Below are positions 56,019-64,000 of a DNA stretch of 64,000 bases, piece by piece. Source of the stretch: a virus (lineage: Duplodnaviria; Heunggongvirae; Uroviricota; Caudoviricetes). Within the stretch, counting starts at the first letter, position 1. Each line of letters starts with the position of its first letter. Where the stretch lies: IMG/VR virus record IMGVR_UViG_3300021430_000416, positions 18,435-82,434 of that record; one strand, 5' to 3'. The notes below the pieces were generated by a model. It was not told the DNA's origin and ran no database searches. It was given only the letters and a program-made list of their open reading frames with translations. Both the position numbers and the translations under genes were made by a program.

Positions 56019-56765
56019 TTAGAAACGAAGATTAAGTTTTTCGTCATTTCGTCTACGATAGTTGTAGATTTCCTCAATCATTTCGGTGTATAATTCTACC
56101 GAACCACAAAGGTGAATCATACCCGGACGAAGTTGAACTTTGTGTAGGAACTCCTCGAATTTAAATTCGGGTTTCTTCGACATAATCTTAATCAACGCTC
56201 TAACGAAGATTGATTTATTGTAACCTTTCTCGAAGTAAGGTTTAAGTTGTTGAATGTTCTTAGCCCACTCCTTACCTTTCTCAATGTTTTTTACTTGGAA
56301 GTTTCCACTTTCAAATACATCACGATGAACCGGATTTGAATTGTTCTGTAAAAACATCAATGCCTCGGTTACACGGAAGTCGGGGAACTCATTGATGAAG
56401 TTATCTAACTTCATGTAGTGTGGGTTGTTTTCTTTTACGTAACCATGAATGTGGTCAGCTAAAGACCAATTCTTTTGGTTTTGGTTTAGTCCACGAATTG
56501 CATCAAAACCAGCTTTACGTTCAATGGTGTAAGTAATAGGTACTCCTGCATTGATAGCCGCTTTTACTCGGTGTTGTCCGTCAATGATTTCACCTTTCTC
56601 ATTGATAACAACATAAGAACCCGGAATCCAACCAGTGTTTTTCATTTTGTCGGTCAACTTGGTGATGTGGGTTTTGTTAAGAACACGATTGTCTTCACGG
56701 AATTTAAACATTCCGTAGTTTTTGGTTTGGAACACTTGGTTCACTTTTTTTGAGTTCTGAATCAT
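56019..56765 (-). CDS. ParB/DUF262-like nuclease-domain protein (start at the internal MIQNSKK)
   Basis: GEIIDGQHRVKAAINAG is the DGQ(Q/H)R ParB/Srx-superfamily motif. The N-terminal extension of the track ORF overlaps the promoter. Confidence 0.5.
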   Translation of the reverse strand: MIQNSKKVNQVFQTKNYGMFKFREDNRVLNKTHITKLTDKMKNTGWIPGSYVVINEKGEIIDGQHRVKAAINAGVPITYTIERKAGFDAIRGLNQNQKNWSLADHIHGYVKENNPHYMKLDNFINEFPDFRVTEALMFLQNNSNPVHRDVFESGNFQVKNIEKGKEWAKNIQQLKPYFEKGYNKSIFVRALIKIMSKKPEFKFEEFLHKVQLRPGMIHLCGSVELYTEMIEEIYNYRRRNDEKLNLRF

Positions 56766-57061
56766 ACGAAATTGATTTTTTATTTGTTGTACAAAGATAT
56801 AATTGTTTTTTCTTTTTTCCAAATACTATTTTATTTTTTTTCAAAAATAACTTTGACTTTGTTTTGAGAACCAAATGTAATAAGAATATCAATAAAATCC
56901 AAGAAATATTTTATCTTTTTTGCCAAACAAAATCCCACCTGAAATGACCCCGGCGTAAACAGAAACGGGGTTTTTAAACAAAAAAATGGGGGTAAAACTA
57001 CCCCCAATGTTAAACCAAACACAAATTACAACTATGAAATGTAACCGTATTTAAAAGTTAA

Positions 57062-57250
57062 TCAAACCAATTTATATTGTAAACCCCTTTTGATGTTTTT
57101 TTCCGAAATCTTTGTGTAGAGGTTTTTAAACTTCGGGTGTTCAACAAAGTAATCATTACCACTCTTGAAGTAATTTAACTCTGTATTACTTGGGAACACA
57201 ATGTCAAACTTCTTTGACTTTACTTTTCTTTTTAAAACGATGCAGTCCAT
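57062..57250 (-). CDS. hypothetical small protein
   Basis: 62 aa ORF. Confidence 0.35.
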   Translation of the reverse strand: MDCIVLKRKVKSKKFDIVFPSNTELNYFKSGNDYFVEHPKFKNLYTKISEKNIKRGLQYKLV

Positions 57251-57253
57251 ATC

Positions 57254-57679
57254 TTATCGTATTACGTTACCATTAATAAATTCACCATCACTTTTGAAAA
57301 GTTCTTCTGTCGGTTCACCACCATTATCCTCAACACTCATAACCTCTTTGGTGTCCATAACTTCATCCCACGGTAATTCTGAAATCTCATTCCCTTTTGA
57401 AAACTCTATCGCTTTAAGCTTTGCATCTTCTTCATCGACTGCATCAATCTCAAAGTTAGTTCTCATCCAAGTAGTTACCTTTTGGTCAAGGTAGAAGCTG
57501 AAGGTTGTGGTTGGAAGGTCATACAACATTCTCTCCACGATTAAGTTCCAAGTGCTCTCGGGTTCATCGTTCTCATAACTGATGTAGTTCTCCAAAACCC
57601 AGTTAATCTCTTTCTCGGTTAATTGTTTGTTGATAGAGTTACCTACACTGATAACATCTTCTCTTGAAATTCTTGACAT
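57254..57679 (-). CDS. hypothetical acidic protein (start at MSRISRED)
   Basis: The track ORF's N-terminal 18 aa are read through the promoter region. Confidence 0.5.
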   Translation of the reverse strand: MSRISREDVISVGNSINKQLTEKEINWVLENYISYENDEPESTWNLIVERMLYDLPTTTFSFYLDQKVTTWMRTNFEIDAVDEEDAKLKAIEFSKGNEISELPWDEVMDTKEVMSVEDNGGEPTEELFKSDGEFINGNVIR

Positions 57680-57748
57680 AATATTATTGATTAGTTGTGA
57701 TACAAAAGTATAATGTTTTTTTCTTTTTACCAAATGTTTGTTGCCAAA

Positions 57749-58066
57749 CTAATTCCAGTCTTCGTCCCTGCAACTGTCCATCGTTTTGTCCATCCCAACG
57801 TCATACGCTTCCAACTCGGTGTAGATGTCATGTAACAAATCATCGTTAAGGTCTTCATACTCCACAGTGAATGTATCGACCTCTTGTTCATGTACATAAG
57901 TTACCACCTCAACATAATCTCGGTAAAACCTTTCAATGGTTGAATAATGGTCTTTACTTATCTGGTTGTAAATCGGTGATGATTCACACTCCATATCTCG
58001 TGTGCTGATTGAACCCCACTTTTCGATAATGGTTTTAATTTCTCTGATGGTTGCAGTTCTTTTCAT
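57749..58066 (-). CDS. hypothetical protein
   Basis: 105 aa ORF. Confidence 0.45.
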   Translation of the reverse strand: MKRTATIREIKTIIEKWGSISTRDMECESSPIYNQISKDHYSTIERFYRDYVEVVTYVHEQEVDTFTVEYEDLNDDLLHDIYTELEAYDVGMDKTMDSCRDEDWN

Positions 58067-58070
58067 ATTG

Positions 58071-58346
58071 TTATAATGTTATAAATTCACAAAAATCTTC
58101 GAGGTCAAGTAAATCAATACGACCGTGTTTTGCTGAGGAATAATAACCCTGTTGTTTGTAGTTATCCTTCCACTTGTTGAAAGCCTCCATAGCCTTCTTT
58201 CTACTTGTATAGGTTACAACATCCCTTTCAATGGTGAAACCATCGGGTGATAATACCTGATACATTTTTCTTTTAGGAGTAAATGATGCAATTGCATTGT
58301 CGCAATTGTGTTTACCGCCATCCATTCCATCTAAATAAGTTGCCAT
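58071..58346 (-). CDS. hypothetical protein
   Basis: 91 aa ORF. Confidence 0.45.
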   Translation of the reverse strand: MATYLDGMDGGKHNCDNAIASFTPKRKMYQVLSPDGFTIERDVVTYTSRKKAMEAFNKWKDNYKQQGYYSSAKHGRIDLLDLEDFCEFITL

Positions 58347-58347
58347 A

Positions 58348-58572
58348 TTATTTTTTAATTTTATTCCAAAAATGATTAACTACTTCGGGTATATACTTTT
58401 TATAGCCTGGTTGATTATCCATACACCACTTCTTTAATTCCTCTTTTGTGGTAAAAGGTTTCTGCCACGAATTACCACTCATTATCTGATTAAACAAGGG
58501 TTCAAGGTCATTAATAAAACTACCTACTGTCCAACCTTCCCAAATGTGTTTGTTTAAATTGATTGATGCCAT
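58348..58572 (-). CDS. hypothetical protein (start at MASINLNK)
   Basis: The 5' extension (...RFIFVQQIK...) is promoter read-through. Confidence 0.4.
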   Translation of the reverse strand: MASINLNKHIWEGWTVGSFINDLEPLFNQIMSGNSWQKPFTTKEELKKWCMDNQPGYKKYIPEVVNHFWNKIKK

Positions 58573-58632
58573 AATTAATTTGATTTGTTGAACAAAGATA
58601 AATCTATTTTCGATATAATCCAAATACTTTTT

Positions 58633-58862
58633 TATTTATTTTGCCAAACAAAAGTGGGATACCGGGGTCACATCCAGATTCACCAGCAAAATCCCCAGCA
58701 GCAACCAGCAGGCAAGCCAGGTGATTTTGTTTGGCAGAAATCGTAGTATTGAAAATCAATGAGTTAAGTCCGCCAAACAAATTCTACAGTTCCAGCTGTT
58801 GCTGCTGGATAACAGCAAACTAGCAAGCAAGAAAAAACCCCCGACTTTCATCGAGGGTTTCC
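58633..58862. repeat. intergenic repeat element (family copy B)
   Basis: See 54826..55030. Contains inverted TTTGTTTGGCAG / CCGCCAAACAA boxes and ends in a terminator hairpin. Confidence 0.55.
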
Positions 58863-58911
58863 GACACCTGTCGCCAATTAATTGGTATTAGCAGGACTAC
58901 CAATCAATGTC

Positions 58912-59760
58912 TTACACCAACTCTACAAGTTGTTTGAAGATACTTCTCTCACGATTTCCGTAAGTACCGAACATTTTGTTCTCGGTATTATCTTCTTTAC
59001 TCAATGAGTGGGTTGTATATTTTGTTACACCACTGAACAACCCCCAAAGGTTATCACCTTTCTCTTTCAACTCACCGTTAAGGTCTACATAGAAACGAGT
59101 TAAACGATTTCGGGTAACTGATGATACACCATCTTCATCGTTCAAGTCAATTTCTCTTGCTATGTTGAACAATAATTTGGTAGCCCAATCTTCGGTTTGT
59201 TTTGAGAAACGAGTTTCAGCAAGTTTCTTAATGTCTTGGAACATTTCTTGTTCTTCTTGTAGTACACCTTCCAATCCACGACAAATGTCGTCAATCTTCA
59301 TTTGCATGTTCTTTGTGTGACGAACCTTTGTGTTCAAGTTGCGGAACGCTGCGAAGAACGTATTCATACAACTGATAGTAATGTTACTCGGTCCGAATGC
59401 CAAACTAGTTGAACCATCGAATGAGTTCACACCGGTAATGTAACCTTCGATACGGTCATCACCCAACTTCAAATCATTTGATTTAAGTTGTAGGAACACT
59501 TTCTCACCCTCACCAAAGTAACCACCTTTGTGAATAGGTAAACCAACTTGTTGAGATACCTTATCAAGTAACTCAATCATCTGATGGTTTTGGAATGGTT
59601 GATAACCCTCACCATGTACTGATAACACCGAATTGTTATCATCACGAATGATTGCTTTTGTTTTCGGAACAATGATACCACTTTCGGTAGTAACTGTTTC
59701 TTCACGGACTGTCCAATTCAAACCTGTTTGATTAAGGACTTGGTTAATTCTTTCTGACAT
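58912..59760 (-). CDS. DUF932-family protein (phage/plasmid-associated)
   Basis: LNWTVREE...AIIRDDNNSVLSVHGEGYQPFQNHQ...KVRHTKNM match the DUF932 N-terminal and central RHT blocks. Confidence 0.55.
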   Translation of the reverse strand: MSERINQVLNQTGLNWTVREETVTTESGIIVPKTKAIIRDDNNSVLSVHGEGYQPFQNHQMIELLDKVSQQVGLPIHKGGYFGEGEKVFLQLKSNDLKLGDDRIEGYITGVNSFDGSTSLAFGPSNITISCMNTFFAAFRNLNTKVRHTKNMQMKIDDICRGLEGVLQEEQEMFQDIKKLAETRFSKQTEDWATKLLFNIAREIDLNDEDGVSSVTRNRLTRFYVDLNGELKEKGDNLWGLFSGVTKYTTHSLSKEDNTENKMFGTYGNRERSIFKQLVELV

Positions 59761-59837
59761 TTGATTATGATTTAATTGTTGAACAAAGATAAATCTATTT
59801 TGGGTATAAACCTAATTTTTTTTTACTTTTTTTTGAA

Positions 59838-60035
59838 TTAACTTGCCAAAGGAATTTCCCTCCACTCTAGATTCCCACAGTAATCTTCGATGTACTCTTT
59901 TGCATCGGATAACCCGATAACCGAATAATCATGGTCTCCATTCTCTACCACGATTTTTTTAACAAAATCAATGAAATCATTTTCATTACCAGTGAAGATT
60001 GTTTTATCTTCTACGTTGTTGTAAACTGTTACCAT
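59838..60035 (-). CDS. hypothetical small protein (start at MVTVYNN)
   Basis: The 5' extension is promoter read-through. Confidence 0.4.
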   Translation of the reverse strand: MVTVYNNVEDKTIFTGNENDFIDFVKKIVVENGDHDYSVIGLSDAKEYIEDYCGNLEWREIPLAS

Positions 60036-60326
60036 AATTGTATTATTTGATTTAACGAGGACAAAGATAAATCTATTTTCGGTATAAACCAAATATTTTT
60101 TTATTTTTTTTTTTTAGGTGAGTCTAAATCCTGTCGTCGAGCTTGGGATATTGTTTGGCGTAATACAGTGCCAAACAAAATTCAGGCACCCGGGTCATCA
60201 GACTCACCTTTAGGTAATACAAATAAAAAACCCCCACATTTCTGTGAGGGTTTAACCAATTAACATTATGAACCACAACCAAATCTATTCAATCATATGA
60301 ACAAATTCAGATATTTTAAATACTTT

Positions 60327-60662
60327 TTAGTAGTTTTTTTCGTAGTTATGTTCACGAAAACCTCTTTTGTGGAATGAGTTCCTCTTTGGTCGTTCCGTGT
60401 AGTGATTGAATGATGTTTCAATCATTGTGTCGACTGACGGTGTTTCCCAATCCATGTTGCAAGAACCGTTCATCATCAACCACTGGATTTCAAATATCTC
60501 TTTCACACTTTCTTCCACGTTGACGTAAGTTCCATCCATGTACTCAATCTTGGTAACAACTTGGTTGTTCCGTTTATCCAATACGGGATAGATGTTCTTC
60601 ACATTTTGAAGATTAACCAATGTGGGAGTTCCCTTTCCTTGATACGTAAGTCTAATTAACAT
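60327..60662 (-). CDS. hypothetical protein
   Basis: 111 aa ORF. Confidence 0.45.
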   Translation of the reverse strand: MLIRLTYQGKGTPTLVNLQNVKNIYPVLDKRNNQVVTKIEYMDGTYVNVEESVKEIFEIQWLMMNGSCNMDWETPSVDTMIETSFNHYTERPKRNSFHKRGFREHNYEKNY

Positions 60663-60755
60663 TTTAATTTAGATTTAAAATTTGAACAAATATACAACTA
60701 AAAATTTATGATATTCTAATTTTGTTGCCAAACAATTTTTACTGTCCGGTCTTCT

Positions 60756-60995
60756 TCAGACATTCCCTGAGAAGACGAGATTGTTTTTTTCGGGTAATAC
60801 ATTATCGGGATGGTCGATAATCTCGTACTTGTCTTCACCGATTATAAGTCCGATGGTTCTACCGTTATCCCAATTCACATTGATTACACCTCCACCAACG
60901 TGTCTAATAGTTCCCATCTGTCCTTTCTCGATGGGTTGAGGGTCATTTGACATTGTTTCTGTCATACGAATTCTTTTACCTACGATGTTGTTCAT
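60756..60995 (-). CDS. hypothetical protein
   Basis: 79 aa ORF. Confidence 0.45.
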   Translation of the reverse strand: MNNIVGKRIRMTETMSNDPQPIEKGQMGTIRHVGGGVINVNWDNGRTIGLIIGEDKYEIIDHPDNVLPEKNNLVFSGNV

Positions 60996-61120
60996 ATCTA
61001 TTGTTCTTTTTTGTTATACAAATATACAACTTATTTCCGTTTACACAAGAAAAATCTTTAGGAAAGATGCCAAACAATTTTTGGAGGACCGCCGGTCTTC
61101 AGACTCAAGATACGGAAATA

Positions 61121-61150
61121 AAAAAACCCCGATGTTACTCGGGGTCTTTC
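61121..61150 (-). terminator. rho-independent terminator
   Basis: CCCCGAgtaacaTCGGGG hairpin plus T-run on the minus strand after gene 61152..61484. Confidence 0.5.
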
Positions 61151-61151
61151 T

Positions 61152-61484
61152 TTATTCGTTGATGTCTGTGTAGACTTCATCTTTAGTCTTAAACAGACTA
61201 TTCGGTCTACGTCTGTCACCTTTTTTGAGTTCATAGTAACCCTCACCATGTACCCCATCAGGGAAGTAACGATAGGTGGTGTCACCATACAACACATTCG
61301 GTGTGTCTTTCACGAAATCCTCCATAGAAATTTTGGTGTCACCCATTGATACTCGGTAACTACCTTTCTCAATTTTTTCCATGATGAAATCTTTCTTTCC
61401 GTTCTTTTCCTCGAAATGACGGATTGCTCTGTACGCCGCACTTGACGACTTGTACATCTTTGGGAATTTAACTTCTGTACTCAT
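61152..61484 (-). CDS. hypothetical protein
   Basis: 110 aa ORF. Confidence 0.5.
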   Translation of the reverse strand: MSTEVKFPKMYKSSSAAYRAIRHFEEKNGKKDFIMEKIEKGSYRVSMGDTKISMEDFVKDTPNVLYGDTTYRYFPDGVHGEGYYELKKGDRRRPNSLFKTKDEVYTDINE

Positions 61485-61578
61485 ACGATATAATTTAATT
61501 GTTGAACAAAGGTAATGCAGGTTTCCGATATAACCAAATAATTTTTTTATTTTTTTAGAATTATTATGCCAATCAAAT

Positions 61579-62361
61579 TTAGGATACCTTCTGTCCCGTG
61601 GTCATCTTCTGTGATAATCTCTTGATACCTCCTTTGGTGTAAGGTTCGATGAAGATAAACTTAAACAACTTTCTACCTTTACCATAAGGTTGTAAACGGA
61701 AGTGTCCTCTTACTGAAAATTCATCTAAACGAATAATAGTGGTGTTCCAATTCGTATTAACTAAAATAAACTTACTACGAGTGTCATTCTTAACCTTACC
61801 TTGTTTGTTAGTTCCAAACGATGCTCCGCCAATCAAAATGTCAAGGGTCACGTCGGTGAGCTCCAAGTAAGTCACAACAACTAAAAACTTCGAGTAAAAT
61901 TCCTCAATCATTCTCTCCAAGTTCATATCTTGTCCATCATCCGATTTCTTATTGTCGGTTGTAACTTTACCCGTAACCAAATTAACCTCGAAGAAATAAA
62001 GATAAATCATATCATCATTGGGTTTCGTGTAGTGAAACGATACCAATAACATCTCATCAGTCTTTCTGTATTTGATACAAGTCATCTCATCCAACTGAAT
62101 AACATCTTTTCGGTTGGGTAAGGTTCTCAATACATCTATTCTTAATTGTTTCGGTACGATATAGTTCTCCAAGTTCTGAATAGACTTCTTAGAAAATACG
62201 AGTTTCCTAACATCAGTTTCTTTTAATAAACTAATTTTATTTAAGTACACATCTTCTCTCGGTGAATCGAACACACAACATTTTGTCAAAAAATCTACGT
62301 GATGTTTGATGTAGTGTTCTTTCTCTACTACGTTGATAAGACTATCTTCTTTAATTCTCAT
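61579..62361 (-). CDS. hypothetical protein
   Basis: 260 aa ORF. Confidence 0.55.
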   Translation of the reverse strand: MRIKEDSLINVVEKEHYIKHHVDFLTKCCVFDSPREDVYLNKISLLKETDVRKLVFSKKSIQNLENYIVPKQLRIDVLRTLPNRKDVIQLDEMTCIKYRKTDEMLLVSFHYTKPNDDMIYLYFFEVNLVTGKVTTDNKKSDDGQDMNLERMIEEFYSKFLVVVTYLELTDVTLDILIGGASFGTNKQGKVKNDTRSKFILVNTNWNTTIIRLDEFSVRGHFRLQPYGKGRKLFKFIFIEPYTKGGIKRLSQKMTTGQKVS

Positions 62362-62604
62362 AACTTAATTGATTTAACGAGTACAAAAATAAATCTATTT
62401 TCCGTATAATCCAAATTTTTTTTTACTTTTTTTCCTGAAGAATCCGGGGACAGCGCAGACTCCACATATTGTTTGGCGTACTACAACCGATATGTAATAC
62501 GATGCCAAACAAAATTCAGACGCCCGGGTCATCAGACTCACCTTCGGGTAATACAAAAAAAAATCCCCGACTTTCATCGAGGATTTCCTAACCAAAAAAC
62601 AAAC

Positions 62605-63006
62605 CTATTCAGAATCTTGTAACTCACCAGTAAGGTACATGTCGTAAGTTTTAACTTCATTAACCAAAAGTTCGGTAACCTTTTCAATAAGTTTTTTGTC
62701 GATACGTTTAACTCCGTATTCCTCCCTAACTTTTTTCTTCGATACGAAAATGAAACCAACTTGTCCACTATCACAACGACAACTAAAACCTGTCGTGTTC
62801 ATAGTAATTCCCGAGTGGTCGTAAAGGTAAAGTGGTAAGATTACACAAGCATCTTCATTCTTGATAATTGCACTTTCCATTTCATCCCAACCACTATAAT
62901 CTCTGTGGTCGTATTCGTGTTTATCCCCCAAATCATAACGATTGTGGAAACACACCATTGTTCCTAAATTGTCCCAACTACGTGGGTTGTCGAAGTCTTG
63001 ATACAT
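62605..63006 (-). CDS. hypothetical protein (start at MYQDFDNPRSW)
   Basis: The 5' extension is promoter read-through. Contains PLYLYDHSG and CRCDSGQVGF. Confidence 0.5.
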   Translation of the reverse strand: MYQDFDNPRSWDNLGTMVCFHNRYDLGDKHEYDHRDYSGWDEMESAIIKNEDACVILPLYLYDHSGITMNTTGFSCRCDSGQVGFIFVSKKKVREEYGVKRIDKKLIEKVTELLVNEVKTYDMYLTGELQDSE

Positions 63007-63082
63007 AACTTTATTTTTAATTGGTTTATACAAATATAATACTAATAACCGAATACACCAAATCTTTTTTGCCAAACAATTT

Positions 63083-63421
63083 CTACTGTCCGGTCATCTC
63101 CTCATCCTTCTTGACCATCTCATTCATAATTGAGGGTACTAAGTCTTTCAATAGTGAAATCTTTTTCTTCTCCAATTCAATTAGTTCACATAGGTTATCC
63201 ACAACCTTTTTTACTTTCTCATATTCATCGGAAGTTAAAAGAAATACCATACGAGGTTTATTATTATACTCATACCCATTCAATGGTTTAGTAAACTCAT
63301 GTAACCCAAAGTTCTTTCCCTCTTCTCTGTTGAAGTAATAAGGGGTAAGACCCATAGATTTGAAACGTACCAAATCCATACTCTTGATGTTGCCATCCAT
63401 TAAACGTCTTGACTTTTCCAT
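63083..63421 (-). CDS. hypothetical protein
   Basis: 112 aa ORF. The true start may be an internal Met, because the -7 box lies only about 5 nt upstream. Confidence 0.45.
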   Translation of the reverse strand: MEKSRRLMDGNIKSMDLVRFKSMGLTPYYFNREEGKNFGLHEFTKPLNGYEYNNKPRMVFLLTSDEYEKVKKVVDNLCELIELEKKKISLLKDLVPSIMNEMVKKDEEMTGQ

Positions 63422-63465
63422 GATGCAAATATAAACCTATTTTTGTTATAGACAAATTCTTTTTT

Positions 63466-63640
63466 GCCAAACAAATGTGGGATACTGCGGTCCACCGGTT
63501 TCCACCAGCAAAATCACCAGAATTTCCCAGCAGGTCCCAGCCGAGAATTTGTTTGGCGGACTAATACGTTAGCCAAACAAAAAGTTGGATTCCAGCTACA
63601 GCCGGCGCAATCTTCAAGCAAAAAAAAAAGGATAACATTT
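63466..63640. repeat. intergenic repeat element (family copy C)
   Basis: See 54826..55030. Carries the inverted pair TTTGTTTGGCGGactaatacgttaGCCAAACAAA. Confidence 0.55.
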
Positions 63641-63679
63641 CTGTTACCCTCTCTTCATCACAACCATGTGTTAAACCAA

Positions 63680-64000
63680 TTAAATCGACAAGTATAGTCG
63701 GTTGTGATTATATAGTGCGACTGGGTTTTCTTCCGCAATCTTACCATAATTCTTTCTGATTTCTTCGTACATTTTCTCTTGTGGTTCGTTGATACATTCA
63801 GACAACAACTCACAGAAACCGAAGTTACTTTCATCTACCACCTCTTGTTTAGTTCCGGGTAAACCACAATAGTAAGCTTCTCCTACCTCACTGATGAACA
63901 TCCCGCTGAAAAAACCTTTCAGCTTAAAGTTATTTACGAATTGGTCAGCATTACACCAAATGAAAATTGAATTGTCTTTTTTGGATAACACCTCAACCAT
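63680..64000 (-). CDS. hypothetical protein; the Met codon sits at the window edge, so the 5' end may be truncated
   Basis: 106 aa ORF whose ATG occupies 63998..64000. Confidence 0.4.
   Translation of the reverse strand: MVEVLSKKDNSIFIWCNADQFVNNFKLKGFFSGMFISEVGEAYYCGLPGTKQEVVDESNFGFCELLSECINEPQEKMYEEIRKNYGKIAEENPVALYNHNRLYLSI

Noticed and set aside
56766-56822. N-terminal extensions of several minus-strand track ORFs (peptides like ...NYIFVQQIKNQF..., ...RFIFVQQIKLI..., ...RFIFVLVKSNN..., ...HYTFVSQLINN...)
   Set aside because: These similar-looking N-termini come from reading through the conserved promoter DNA (TATCTTTGTTCAACAA...), which happens to be stop-free in that frame. True starts were moved to the first ATG downstream of the -7 box at 56019, 57254, 58348, 59838, 52422 and 62605.
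62395-62595. 66-aa minus-strand ORF in the ORF track
   Set aside because: It lies entirely within an intergenic repeat cassette (inverted GCCAAACAA boxes plus terminator hairpin). Its sequence is the translation of repeat DNA and it is not preceded by a promoter of its own. Judged non-coding.
1-64000. Prophage/integrative element, CRISPR array, rRNA
   Set aside because: No integrase/recombinase, attachment-site-like flanks, direct-repeat/spacer array or rRNA-like sequence was seen. Gene content and packing indicate a lytic phage genome segment rather than an island within a bacterial chromosome.

Overview
This window reads as a compact, AT-rich segment of a large virulent-phage-like genome. 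The promoters have Bacteroidetes sigma-A architecture: -33 TTTG(G) and -7 TAnnTTTG at about 19-nt spacing. I saw no integrase, rRNA or CRISPR array.

Organisation:
- 1 to ~47.6 kb: almost every gene is on the + strand, tightly packed, with many ATGA/overlapping junctions.
- ~47.63-47.92 kb: a convergent terminator zone.
- 47.9-64 kb: a block of - strand genes. Each is preceded by its own promoter, a conserved GCCAAACAA box, rho-independent terminators, and a family of ~150-200 nt intergenic repeats.

Recognisable content:
- A tRNA end-maintenance cluster: a CCA-adding-family enzyme (3' part only), a possible PTH2-like hydrolase, a Thg1-like 3'-5' polymerase, a DraRnl-type RNA ligase and a small HAD phosphatase. 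Two tRNA-like elements and a tRNA-like motif are present.
- An NAD module: a NAMPT-like protein, a divergent PRPP-synthetase-like protein, a Nudix hydrolase and a NADAR domain. This is compatible with a NARP1-type NAD+ reconstitution / anti-defence pathway.
- Several SLOG / nucleoside 2-deoxyribosyltransferase-like proteins and an HD hydrolase.
- DHFR, a UvrD-like helicase, a class I/II PLP aminotransferase, a pyruvoyl AdoMetDC-like protein, a P4H-like 2OG oxygenase, a hotdog thioesterase, and an SPFH/band-7 membrane protein.
- Three free-standing homing-endonuclease genes: one GIY-YIG + NUMOD, one double-motif LAGLIDADG, and two very large GIY-YIG/T5orf172-like proteins built from ~35-50 aa tandem repeats.

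Unexplained structure worth a second look:
- A ~720 nt ORF-free, GC-enriched, hairpin-rich region (33.6-34.35 kb) carrying T-loop motifs. It is a candidate large structured ncRNA.
- A family of six small proteins sharing the N-terminal peptide M-x-E-F-K-F-L-R-G-Y.
- A second N-terminal family: MG(L/A)D(I/M)(Y/H)(L/V).
- Three near-identical 40-nt promoters with an embedded palindrome.
- More than 30 copies of a GCCAAACAA box, often as inverted pairs, organising the minus-strand block.

All functional calls come from motif recognition by eye. None has been verified by a database search.
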